Assembly: GCA_041653315.1 (NCBI GenBank)
Contig: JBAZFO010000003.1
Location: 1,180 to 65,179 of the forward strand
Length of the DNA: 64,000 nt
Direction: 5' to 3'
Source of the DNA: Candidatus Micrarchaeia archaeon
GTDB taxonomy: Archaea > Micrarchaeota > Micrarchaeia > Anstonellales > JAHKLY01
Positions 28,815 through 38,060 of this stretch are shown here, one piece after another. The position numbers were made by a program, and so were the translations under genes. Within the stretch, counting starts at the first letter, position 1. Every line of letters begins with the position of its first letter. The notes beneath the pieces were generated by a model. It saw only the letters and a list, made by a program, of their open reading frames with translations, was not told where the DNA came from and made no database searches.

Positions 28815-28928
28815 CGAATGTAATGAGTAAAGCGAGGTCTTTTTGCAACAGCAAAACAGACCGGAGCAAACGAACGTTAGTGAGTTTGTGAGGTCTTTTT
28901 GACAAAGTCAAAACAGACCGGAGCAAAA
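28815..28928. repeat. Two tandem units of about 57 bp upstream of tRNA-Glu. Each ends in a copy of the tRNA 5' end (GCTCCGGTCTG) embedded in a GGTC...GACC hairpin
   Basis: CGAATGTAATGAGTAAAGCGAGGTCTTTTTGCAACAGCAAAACAGACCGGAGCAAA versus CGAACGTTAGTGAGTTTGTGAGGTCTTTTTGACAAAGTCAAAACAGACCGGAGCAAAA. Confidence 0.7.
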
Positions 28929-29077
28929 AATACAATTTTATTTAATTATATAAAGGATAATTTAAAAAAATACCTAAAAACAAAAAAAGCAAAAGTTAGA
29001 ATATTTTTATAAATGTTGTGGTTGTTTATTAAAGTATAAAATCAAATCATGAACTAATAAAAAGAGGTGAAAAACAC

Positions 29078-29758
29078 ATGACAGATTTTGTAAACGCAAT
29101 AACTAAACCCTTTTCAGATATGAAAAGTTTAGGTATAGGAATAGTATTAGGGGCAATACCTATTGTAAATATGTTAACAATAAACGGATTTGGATTAAAC
29201 TGTGCAAAACACGCAGAGAAAAAAACATTACCAAAATGGGAAAATATTGTAGATCATATAACAAAAAGTATTATGGGAGCAATAGCTAGTTTTGTATACT
29301 TACTTCCAGCAATAATAGTTGGTGCTATATTTATGGCAACAATTTTAATGAGTGTATTAACTTCAGCAACAAGTGGAGTAACTGATCCTATGGCTTTAAT
29401 AAATTCAGTTCTTACTGGCGGGATTATTGGTGTAATATTATTTGTTATCCTAGCCTTATTAGCTGTATTTTTAATTCCCTTAGCATTAACAAGATATGTA
29501 TTAAAAGATAAATTCGGTGAAGCATTTGCATTCGGAAAAATAATAAAAAGAGCTTTAACTGGAGAATATATTATTACTTGGATAGTATATATAATCTATG
29601 CAATAGTATTATCAGTAATATTATCTATAATTTCAGGAATATTAATGATGGTACCAGCAATAGGATTTATATTAGGAATGTTAATATCTGGATTAGGTAC
29701 ATATCTAATAGCAGTAAGTGGATATACAATGTTTGGACAAATAAAATGGAAAGATTAA
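29078..29758 (+). CDS. Integral membrane protein, hypothetical (archaeal DUF-type)
   Basis: Several TM helices across the 226 aa. Confidence 0.4.
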   Translation: MTDFVNAITKPFSDMKSLGIGIVLGAIPIVNMLTINGFGLNCAKHAEKKTLPKWENIVDHITKSIMGAIASFVYLLPAIIVGAIFMATILMSVLTSATSGVTDPMALINSVLTGGIIGVILFVILALLAVFLIPLALTRYVLKDKFGEAFAFGKIIKRALTGEYIITWIVYIIYAIVLSVILSIISGILMMVPAIGFILGMLISGLGTYLIAVSGYTMFGQIKWKD

Positions 29759-29774
29759 GTTCTTTCTCCTTTTT

Positions 29775-30491
29775 TTATTTTTTAAATTTAAAATAAACTC
29801 TTCTATTATTTTTTCCTTTATTTTTTAATTCAATAATCTCTATTTTTGGAATTTCCTTTAAATTTTTAACATGGCAGCCACCATCTGCTTGTGTATCAAT
29901 CTCTCCTATTTTAACGATTCGTAATTCATTGACTTCTGGAGGCAAAACACTTGTTAATTTTACCATGCCTGGTATTTTAAGCGCTTCTTCACGAAGCATA
30001 TAAAAAATACTTACTGGAATATCTGAACCAAAATAAGAATTTACTTTTTCAACTTGATTCTCTAAAATAGACCTATCAAAATTTTCCAAATCAAAATCAA
30101 AACGAGTTTTATCTAATTCAATTTGATTTCCTGTAATTAAAGCACCAGTATCTGTATTTAACGTTCCTGCCAATACATGTGCAGCAGTATGATAACTCAT
30201 TAAGAGATACCTTCTATCCCAATCTAAAATACAATTTATAGAATCTTCTTTTTTCAAACCTTCCCTATCAACATAATGAATAACTTTCCCTTCTTCTTTC
30301 ATAACTTTAATAACAATAAACTCCTCATTTCCCCTTATAATTTTTCCAATATCACAAGGAACTCCTCCTCCTTGCGGATAAAAAATAGTCTGATTTAAAA
30401 TAATTTTACAATTATCAACTTCTTCAACAATAGCTTCACATTGTTTAAGATAAGAATCATCCATATATAATAATTTAGTCATAAAAATCAC
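29775..30491 (-). CDS. alaX: AlaX-M type trans-editing protein (alanyl-tRNA synthetase editing-domain homologue)
   Basis: Zinc-binding motifs HTAAHVL (HxxxH) and DGGCHV (CxxxH). Size of 238 aa fits AlaX-M. Confidence 0.7.
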   Translation of the reverse strand: MIFMTKLLYMDDSYLKQCEAIVEEVDNCKIILNQTIFYPQGGGVPCDIGKIIRGNEEFIVIKVMKEEGKVIHYVDREGLKKEDSINCILDWDRRYLLMSYHTAAHVLAGTLNTDTGALITGNQIELDKTRFDFDLENFDRSILENQVEKVNSYFGSDIPVSIFYMLREEALKIPGMVKLTSVLPPEVNELRIVKIGEIDTQADGGCHVKNLKEIPKIEIIELKNKGKNNRRVYFKFKK

Positions 30492-30553
30492 CTAATAACA
30501 ATTTATTCAAATATACTTAAAAATGTTCTAGCATAAATACTTTTGGTGATTTA

Positions 30554-31864
30554 TTGAAAGACTTTAATTTCCCTATGGGCGTATTAGTAAAACAACAAAT
30601 AGCTAGTGCAATAGGGGGAGAAATGATAAAAGTAAAAAATAACATACAAATAAATCATCGAATAAGAGAAAACGAAAGTGTTGGGGATTTTTTACATAAA
30701 ACACAAGACGAAGCATCTAAAATAAGAATAAAAAAAGAAAAAGAATTAATTTTTGATCAAAAACAAATACAACCTGCTTCATTAGACTTAACTTTGGGAG
30801 ATACAATCTATCATATACCTTTCACTTTTTTAGATTATAGAAGAAAAGTACAAGATATTATCGAAAAATATTCAGATATTAAATTTGATATATCAAATAA
30901 TAATAAAGCACTTTTACACAAAAATCAAACTTATATTGTTCCTTTAAATGAAGAACTAGATCTAAATCATGATATATATGCGAGATGCAATCCAAAAAGT
31001 TCAACTGGAAGAATAGATTTATTTGTAAGAACTATTACTGATAAAGGTTTAGAATTTGACACGATTCCTGCTGGATATAAAGGAAAATTGTATTTAATAA
31101 TAATTCCTCAATCATTTGATGTTATGGTTACTGAAGGAATTTCATTAAATCAAATCCGTTTTTGCAAAGAAAAATTAGATGAAAATATTGTACAAGATAG
31201 AATGATAGAACAAATAAGTAGAAAAATGGGGATAGCATATGAGGGTGAGGAATTAGCAGTTGGTGAAAAACATTTTAGTAAAAAGGATGGTTCAATTAGA
31301 TTAGGTATTAATCTAAAAGGTATAAATGGATTAAAAACAATTGGATTTAAAACAAAAAAAGATATTATTGATTCAATGGATTTAACAAAAATAAATAATT
31401 ATGACCCAGAAGATTTTTTTGACCCGATATTTGAAGAGCAAATTAAAGAAAAACCTTTAGTATTGAATCAGGGAGAATTTTATTTACTTGCTTCAGATCT
31501 AAAAATAGGTATACCTCCGCAATATTGCGCTGAATTAGAAAGTTATAATGAAGGATATGGAGAACACAGAAGTCATTATGCGGGCTTTTTTGATCCTGGT
31601 TTTGGTTGGGCAATAGATGAAAATGGAAATAGAAGTATAAAAGGAAGTTATGTAGTATATGAAGTAAGAATTAATGGCCCAAGTGTTGCAGTTTTTCATG
31701 ATAAAAATGGAAATAGTCAAAGTAAATTTGTTAAACTTCATTTTTACAAAAATTCTCAAATTCCAGAAATATTATATGGATCTAATATGAATTCTAATTA
31801 TCAAAATCAAGGTTTAAAATTATCTAAATATTTCAAAAAGAATTGGGAAGAAAAATATAAATAA
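30554..31864 (+). CDS. dCTP deaminase/dUTPase-superfamily protein, unusually long (436 aa)
   Basis: Dcd-like motifs ASLDLTLGD, KSSTGRIDLFV and a distant AGFFDPGFGW, separated by a roughly 190-aa insertion. Confidence 0.5.
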   Translation: MKDFNFPMGVLVKQQIASAIGGEMIKVKNNIQINHRIRENESVGDFLHKTQDEASKIRIKKEKELIFDQKQIQPASLDLTLGDTIYHIPFTFLDYRRKVQDIIEKYSDIKFDISNNNKALLHKNQTYIVPLNEELDLNHDIYARCNPKSSTGRIDLFVRTITDKGLEFDTIPAGYKGKLYLIIIPQSFDVMVTEGISLNQIRFCKEKLDENIVQDRMIEQISRKMGIAYEGEELAVGEKHFSKKDGSIRLGINLKGINGLKTIGFKTKKDIIDSMDLTKINNYDPEDFFDPIFEEQIKEKPLVLNQGEFYLLASDLKIGIPPQYCAELESYNEGYGEHRSHYAGFFDPGFGWAIDENGNRSIKGSYVVYEVRINGPSVAVFHDKNGNSQSKFVKLHFYKNSQIPEILYGSNMNSNYQNQGLKLSKYFKKNWEEKYK

Positions 31865-31865
31865 A

Positions 31866-31977
31866 TGGGCCTGGTGAGATTGTCAGACTTTCTGGCAATA
31901 TTTTGCGCCAGTAAAATCAATTGAACTCACGATCTTTGTCGTGTGAGGACAACATCATACCACTAGACCACAGGCCC
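31866..31977 (-). tRNA. tRNA-Val (anticodon CAC) with a roughly 40-nt intron in the T-loop (58/59)
   Basis: GGGCCTG TG GTCTAGTGGTATGAT G TTGTC CTCACAC GACAA AGATC GTGAG TTCAA[intron]AT CTCAC CAGGCCC A. Intron contains the CTGGCGCAAAATATTGCCAG hairpin. Confidence 0.7.
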
Positions 31978-32081
31978 ATAGACTGTGGGCTTTTGAACAA
32001 AGTTCAAAACAAACCACAGGCTCTTAAGAATTTTTTAATCTTCTCAATATTATAAATATATAAAAACATTCGCTTATTAAA

Positions 32082-34751
32082 ATGTATATGGTTCCTACAA
32101 AAAATGAACTTAGATTACAATTTACAAAAGATTGGAAAACACATTATGACTTAAAAATCTTTAAAAAATATGGATTCGAAAGACAGCAATGTAAAAAATG
32201 CGGAAAAAACTTTTGGTCTAAATTAAAACAAGATTTTTGTGGTGATCCCTCATGTGTAGGTTATCAATTCATTGGAAATCCCTCAGGAAAAAAACATTCG
32301 TATATCGAAGCTTGGAAAACAATTGAAAAATATTTCACAAAAAATAAACATAAATCTATTTATACCTACCCCTCAGTAGCAAGATGGAGAGACGATTTAT
32401 ATTTTACAATAGCATCTATATCTGATTTCCAGCCATATGTTGTCACTGGAGAAGTTAAACCCCCTGGAAACCCCTTAGTAATACCTCAAGCTTGTATTAG
32501 ATTTGGGGATTTATCAAATGTAGGAGTGACTGGGAGACATATGACTTCATTTACTATGGTTGGACAACACGCATTTAACACTAAAAAAACAGGATTATTT
32601 TACTGGAAAGATCAAGCAATAGAACATGATATTAATTTATTAAAATCATTTGGAATTAAAGAAGAAGAAATTTCTTTTATTGAAGATGTATGGATGGGAG
32701 GAGGAAACTTTGGCCCATGTATAGAATATTTTGTAAAAGGAATGGAAATAGGAAATTGTGTTTTTATGCAGTATCAATTTCTCCCAAATGGACAAATAAA
32801 AGAATTAGATACAAAAGTAATAGATATGGGTGCTGGATTAGAAAGATTCGCTTGGATCACACAAGGTACTGCAACTATATATGAACCAACATATTCTTTT
32901 GTTCTTGATGAAATAATAAAAGATACAAATATAAAAGTGGATAATAAATTAAAATTAGAATTTTGGTCAAAGGCAGGAGGATTAGATATTGAAGAAGGAA
33001 AAGTATCAGAAGAAAAATCAAGAATAGCAAAAGAATTAGGAATGACTGAAAAAGAATTATTTAACAAAATCAAACCTTTGCAAGCTTCTTTTGCTTGCGC
33101 AGATCATTTGAAAACAATTTTATTTACCTCAACAGATGGGATGCTTCCTAGCAACACGGGTGGAGGATATAATTTACGAATGATATTAAGAAGAACATTT
33201 GGATTTAATGAAGAATTTAATTTAAATTTAAATTATGATAAAATATTTGAAAACCATGCTAAATTATTAAAACCATTATACCCTCATTACTCAGAAGGAA
33301 TTGAAACAGCACAAGAAGTCGTAAAAGAAGAATTAATAAAATATAAAATCACAAAGGAAAAGGCGTTAGGAAAATTAACTAATGTAGTTGATAAAGCTAA
33401 AAAACAGGGTGGAATTCAATTAAATGAATTAATCCAATTATATGAAAGTGATGGGATACCTATTGAATTAATACAAGAAATATCAAAAAAGAATGGAATT
33501 GAATTAAATATCCCAGATAATTTTTATGATTATATTAAAAAGAAAGATGAAGAAGTTGAAGAAAAACAAAAATATTGTGTGGATGAATTTTGTAAAACAA
33601 AAAGTGAATATTATGAAAAAACAGAATGTAAAGCTAAAATAATTGGAATCTTAGATCATTTTATAATAACAAATAAGTCTTGTTTTTATCCAGAAAGCGG
33701 GGGACAAATTGGAGATATTGGTACAATTAATAATGAAAAAGTTTTAGAAACAATAAAACAAAAAGGAGTTATAATGCATAAAGTTGAAAATATAAAAAAC
33801 TTTAAAAAAGGACAAACTGTTATTTTAAAAATAAATATGGATAGAAGAAGACAGATTTCAATGCATCATACTGGTGCTCACTTACTTAATGCAGCAGCAA
33901 GAAAAATTTTAGGAAGACATGTTTGGCAGGCAGGTTCCTACAAAGATGAATATAAAGGCCAGTTAGATTTAACACATTATAAAAAAATAACTCAAGAAGA
34001 ATTAAATCAAATAGAAAAACAAGTAAATAAATATATAAGAGAAAATTTGGATATTAAAACAGTTGAATTAGATAGAGATAAAGCAGAAGAAAAATATGGA
34101 ATGAGAATATATCAAGGAGGAGCAGTACCAGGAAATAAATTAAGAATTGTTTCGATTGGAGATATAGATCATGAAGCATGCGGTGGAACACATACTACAT
34201 TTAAAAAAACAGGGGAACTTGGGATATTCAAAATAATAAAAAGAGAAGGAATAAAAGATGGAATTGAAAGAATTTCATTTAAATGCGGTGATTCAGCAAT
34301 AGAATATATTCAAAACAAAGAAGAAATAATAAGAAAAACTGCAAATATAATTTCAATACCAGAAGAAAAATTATATGAAGGAGTTGAAAAAATATTTGAA
34401 GATTGGAAACAAAGAGGTAAAATATTAATTTCTTTAAGACAAGAATTTGCTAAAAGAGAGATAGATAGATTAGAAAAAATATATGAAAAAAATAAAAAAA
34501 TTATCATAAGACCAATAAATGCTAATATTGAAACTTTAAAACAAATAGGAGATGAAATAACAAAAAGAGAAAGCGCTATGGCAGTTATTTTAGTAAACTC
34601 ATCTAACAATATAGTATGCGCAGTTGGAAAAAAATCTGAACAAAATGCTAAGGAAATTTTAGAAAAAACATGTAAAAAATACGGCGGTTCAGGTGGCGGA
34701 AGTATAAAAATTGCATTTGGAAAAACATTAAAAATTGTCAAAAAGGATTAA
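32082..34751 (+). CDS. alaS: Alanyl-tRNA synthetase, archaeal type
   Basis: 889 aa. Archaeal N-terminal catalytic region, editing-domain motifs HTGAHLLNAA (HxxxH) and ACGGTHT (CxxxH). C-terminal DHHA1-like G-rich GGSGGGS. Confidence 0.95.
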   Translation: MYMVPTKNELRLQFTKDWKTHYDLKIFKKYGFERQQCKKCGKNFWSKLKQDFCGDPSCVGYQFIGNPSGKKHSYIEAWKTIEKYFTKNKHKSIYTYPSVARWRDDLYFTIASISDFQPYVVTGEVKPPGNPLVIPQACIRFGDLSNVGVTGRHMTSFTMVGQHAFNTKKTGLFYWKDQAIEHDINLLKSFGIKEEEISFIEDVWMGGGNFGPCIEYFVKGMEIGNCVFMQYQFLPNGQIKELDTKVIDMGAGLERFAWITQGTATIYEPTYSFVLDEIIKDTNIKVDNKLKLEFWSKAGGLDIEEGKVSEEKSRIAKELGMTEKELFNKIKPLQASFACADHLKTILFTSTDGMLPSNTGGGYNLRMILRRTFGFNEEFNLNLNYDKIFENHAKLLKPLYPHYSEGIETAQEVVKEELIKYKITKEKALGKLTNVVDKAKKQGGIQLNELIQLYESDGIPIELIQEISKKNGIELNIPDNFYDYIKKKDEEVEEKQKYCVDEFCKTKSEYYEKTECKAKIIGILDHFIITNKSCFYPESGGQIGDIGTINNEKVLETIKQKGVIMHKVENIKNFKKGQTVILKINMDRRRQISMHHTGAHLLNAAARKILGRHVWQAGSYKDEYKGQLDLTHYKKITQEELNQIEKQVNKYIRENLDIKTVELDRDKAEEKYGMRIYQGGAVPGNKLRIVSIGDIDHEACGGTHTTFKKTGELGIFKIIKREGIKDGIERISFKCGDSAIEYIQNKEEIIRKTANIISIPEEKLYEGVEKIFEDWKQRGKILISLRQEFAKREIDRLEKIYEKNKKIIIRPINANIETLKQIGDEITKRESAMAVILVNSSNNIVCAVGKKSEQNAKEILEKTCKKYGGSGGGSIKIAFGKTLKIVKKD

Positions 34752-34752
34752 A

Positions 34753-35520
34753 TTACTCAAAAACCCAAATAGATTTATATTTTTTTAAATTTTCTTCTGA
34801 TAAATCATAAGTCATATCCACTAAATCAAACTGACAACCAGTATCTCTTTGCAGCGCATATACTTTTGGCTCTTTATTTTTATCTCTTAAAAAAAATCTT
34901 TTGGGGCCTTTATATCTATCTAAAACTTCTGGATTTGGTAATCCAGTTCTAATATCAATATGGCATTCACCATATTCTTCTTCAGGAACTGGATGACATA
35001 TAATATCATTAACTTTATCCAAAGTTAAAACAAAAACATTATCTTTTTTTTCAAAATTAAAACAACAAGCATTTATTATTAAAGCCATATTAGGTAAATC
35101 TCTTTTTCCTTTAGGAACTTCTATGACAACATGAGAATCAAAATGAGGAATAAAAACTTCAAAATATTCACCTATTGTTTTTCCTATTGGAGGTATGGCA
35201 AATAGTTTAGGAATTAATATATATTTTGGGTTTGGAAAAAAATTATAATATTCTTGATTTCTAATTCTATTATCCCTACATAACTTAGGAATAAATTCTT
35301 TATCAAATACTAATGCAGTTTCTAAATCTTTTATTGGCAACGGTTTTCCTTTAAAAATTTTTGATTTTCCAATAATAGCAAATTCATTTGGAAAATTTCT
35401 ACATAACTCATGCAATTCAAAAAAATCCATTTTAGTTTCTAAGGTTCTAACTAATTTTGCATTTGGTGTTCCAGAAAATAAAACTCTTTCTTTTGAAAAT
35501 ACTAATTCTTTATGTATCAT
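34753..35520 (-). CDS. Conserved hypothetical protein with several Cys/His residues (possible metal site)
   Basis: 255 aa, no confident family assignment. Confidence 0.35.
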   Translation of the reverse strand: MIHKELVFSKERVLFSGTPNAKLVRTLETKMDFFELHELCRNFPNEFAIIGKSKIFKGKPLPIKDLETALVFDKEFIPKLCRDNRIRNQEYYNFFPNPKYILIPKLFAIPPIGKTIGEYFEVFIPHFDSHVVIEVPKGKRDLPNMALIINACCFNFEKKDNVFVLTLDKVNDIICHPVPEEEYGECHIDIRTGLPNPEVLDRYKGPKRFFLRDKNKEPKVYALQRDTGCQFDLVDMTYDLSEENLKKYKSIWVFE

Positions 35521-35561
35521 AAGATAACCTCATTAAAAGATACTATTGATATTAAATGTAT

Positions 35562-36089
35562 TTAAAAAACCATATGAAAAGCATAATTTCCTAAATAAGC
35601 AAAAAGTATAAATCTTAATATTTTACCACACATTGAAGCTAATAAAAATTTCCACATTTTCATATGCATTGCTCCTGCTGTTATTCCTGCAATATCAAAA
35701 AAGGGGTTTGGTATAAATGCAAATACAAAAATTGCAAAAGCACCATATTTATCAACTTCGTCCGTATATTTTTTAATATGTTTTTCTTTATTTAAAATTT
35801 TTGTTCCTCCTTTTCCTAAATAATATCCTGTTAATTCTCCTATTGCGCTTCCTGTACCTGCAAGTACGCCCAATAAAATTGGATCTAAGGTTTTAGCCAT
35901 CAAAAAAACTATTGCCCAAGAGGGAATAGGAACAATAATAGTAGCACTTCCAATTAATGATATTAAAAAAGCACCTATATACCCTAAAGATTCAAAATAA
36001 GTAAGATAATCCAGCATTAAAAAAGCAATACAAATTATAAGTAAAGTAATAATTACAGTTAAAATTGAACTTATTTTATTATTCAACAA
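35562..36089 (-). CDS. DedA/VTT-family (SNARE-associated-like) membrane protein
   Basis: LGYIGAFLISLIGSATIIVPIPSW...GVLAGTGSAIGELTGYYLG pattern. Confidence 0.55.
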   Translation of the reverse strand: MLNNKISSILTVIITLLIICIAFLMLDYLTYFESLGYIGAFLISLIGSATIIVPIPSWAIVFLMAKTLDPILLGVLAGTGSAIGELTGYYLGKGGTKILNKEKHIKKYTDEVDKYGAFAIFVFAFIPNPFFDIAGITAGAMHMKMWKFLLASMCGKILRFILFAYLGNYAFHMVF

Positions 36090-36098
36090 ATCACTTTT

Positions 36099-36683
36099 TT
36101 ATTTTTTAAATTCACATCCACATTCGGCGCATTTTTTAGCGCTTGCTGGATTTGTTGCACCACATTCAGGACACTTTAAATATTTATTATTATCTTCCAA
36201 TGCACGCTCTTTTCCAAATTCTTTTGGTTTTATTTTTCCATCAATCAAACCAAAGGATTTTCCTTCTAAATCATACACTAATAATTTTTCCTTTTTTAAT
36301 TTTTCTATTATTAAAGATAAAATAATCATAAATTCTTCTAAATCAACTTCATATTGAATTGAAATTTTATAAGATTTTCCCAATAATGCAATTAAATTTC
36401 TTAAAAATGCTGCATCTAATTCAACAGATTCTTCTTCTTTTTTAGATGCTTGTTTTAATTTTTCGCTTAATATTAAATTAGTTAATGATATCTCTTTATG
36501 AATTTTCCTTAATTCTTTCGATTCATCTTTAATTTTCATTTGAAATTCCATAGCTAAATTAGCTATAGTACCCCAAGATAATTCAGATAAATTCTCTTTA
36601 AAACCAGGGGGTAATTTTTCTTTGTACCTATGAAGTAATTCTTGAGTTTCAATATTTTCAACTTTATCAAAGGTTTGTTTCAT
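36099..36683 (-). CDS. Hypothetical protein with C-terminal zinc ribbon
   Basis: CPECG...CAECG at the C-terminus. Confidence 0.4.
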   Translation of the reverse strand: MKQTFDKVENIETQELLHRYKEKLPPGFKENLSELSWGTIANLAMEFQMKIKDESKELRKIHKEISLTNLILSEKLKQASKKEEESVELDAAFLRNLIALLGKSYKISIQYEVDLEEFMIILSLIIEKLKKEKLLVYDLEGKSFGLIDGKIKPKEFGKERALEDNNKYLKCPECGATNPASAKKCAECGCEFKK

Positions 36684-36716
36684 ACTTTCATATTCAACAG
36701 AGATATTTATATATGT

Positions 36717-38033
36717 TTACTTTTTTGAAATTGCTCTCTGTAATTTTTCTGCATTAAAGTCTTTTTTAACAAAAATATAAGAAATCAAAAATCCAAGTAA
36801 TACTATCAATAACCCAAAGAAAATGACTTCAATTTCTATTTGTGCTATAAGTAATAAACAAGATAATGCACCAAAAAAAGCTAAAACAGGAAACTTACCA
36901 ATATTTAAAGGGATTTTAAAATTTCTTTTTATATTAGGCATTTTATATCTCAAAACAATTGCAGAAACATTAACAATAAAAAACGGAATTAAAATTGTGA
37001 TATTAGTCATATTTGCTACAAGATTTATATTTCCTAATAATACAAATAATGAAGATAAAATAAATAATAAAATTATGGCAACCCATGGAGTTTGTCTTTT
37101 TTTATGTAATCTTCCTAGTATTTCAGGTAAAACTTTTCCTCTTGCCATTCCATAAATCATTCTTGATGCTGCTAATAAAATTAATAAAATAGTATTCGCA
37201 GTTGCAAATAATGCTATAATCCCCATTATAAAAAATGCATCATTTCCTAAAAATGAATGAGATACTACATCTGCTAAAGGAGCAGTAGATTCTCCTAAAA
37301 CCTCCCAATTCATTACACTTATTGCAGAAATAGCAACAAGAATATATAATATAGTTGAAATAACAATTGCAAATAAAGTTGCCTTTGGAACTATTTTTGT
37401 AGGATCTTTAACTTCTTCTGCCATATTTACTATTTCATCAAAACCAATATAAGCAAAAAATATTAATGCAGCAGCAGAAAATACTCCAGCCATACCAAAT
37501 TCTGCTGGAAATTCAAAATAATCAACTGAACCTAAGTAGGGAATTGCTAAAAATACAACTGCAATTAAACCTAAAATCTCTACTATAGAACATATAATAG
37601 CAAACCATGCAGATTCTTTTATCCCATAAAATAAAATAATTGATAGTACTGCTAAACTCCCAACTGCAGTTAAAATTATGGGTGTATTAAAAAATGCATT
37701 AAAATAACCAGCAAAACCTAAAGAAACTGCTGCTACTGATATAATTGGAGAAATAAGTAATAACCACCCGATAACAAATGCTAATCTTTTATTAAATGCT
37801 TTTTCAGTAAAAACAAATTCTGCACCTGCTTTAGGAAATAAAGATGCTAATTCTGCATAACTTAACCCGCTTAATGCTGCTACTCCTGCGGCAATTAAAA
37901 AAGATAACCAAACTGTATTTCCTGCTACTCCTGCTGCTTCTCCAATTAAAACATATATCCCTGCACCCAAAATAATTCCTATTCCAGTCAATGTTAATTC
38001 CCAAAATCCTAAAGCTCTCTTTAATTCAACCAT
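36717..38033 (-). CDS. APC-superfamily amino acid permease (paralog 1)
   Basis: 12-TM profile, conserved LGFWELTLTGIGIILGAGIYVLIG start. About 75% identical to the neighbouring gene. Confidence 0.8.
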   Translation of the reverse strand: MVELKRALGFWELTLTGIGIILGAGIYVLIGEAAGVAGNTVWLSFLIAAGVAALSGLSYAELASLFPKAGAEFVFTEKAFNKRLAFVIGWLLLISPIISVAAVSLGFAGYFNAFFNTPIILTAVGSLAVLSIILFYGIKESAWFAIICSIVEILGLIAVVFLAIPYLGSVDYFEFPAEFGMAGVFSAAALIFFAYIGFDEIVNMAEEVKDPTKIVPKATLFAIVISTILYILVAISAISVMNWEVLGESTAPLADVVSHSFLGNDAFFIMGIIALFATANTILLILLAASRMIYGMARGKVLPEILGRLHKKRQTPWVAIILLFILSSLFVLLGNINLVANMTNITILIPFFIVNVSAIVLRYKMPNIKRNFKIPLNIGKFPVLAFFGALSCLLLIAQIEIEVIFFGLLIVLLGFLISYIFVKKDFNAEKLQRAISKK

Positions 38034-38060
38034 AACTTCATTAAAACATAAACCTTTAAA

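Noticed and set aside
28815-28928. Possible mini-CRISPR array (repeated hairpins with GACCGGAGC)
   Set aside because: Only two units, no unique spacers of regular length, and the units are degenerate copies of each other and of the tRNA 5' end. No cas genes nearby
28560-28930. GC-rich island as rRNA fragment, SRP RNA or RNase P RNA
   Set aside because: No conserved SRP helix 8 or RNase P P4/CR-I sequence could be seen. The exon blocks assemble exactly into tRNA-Glu
28420-28935. Five overlapping short ORFs in the GC-rich island (28420..28614, 28548..28751, 28567..28773, 28619..28891, 28669..28935)
   Set aside because: The region resolves into tRNA-Glu with introns plus upstream repeat units. 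The translations are low-complexity (K/F/G repeats), typical of reading through structured RNA
31978-32025. Second tRNA adjacent to tRNA-Val
   Set aside because: Only an 11-nt match to the tRNA-Val 5' end inside a hairpin. No D, anticodon or T arms
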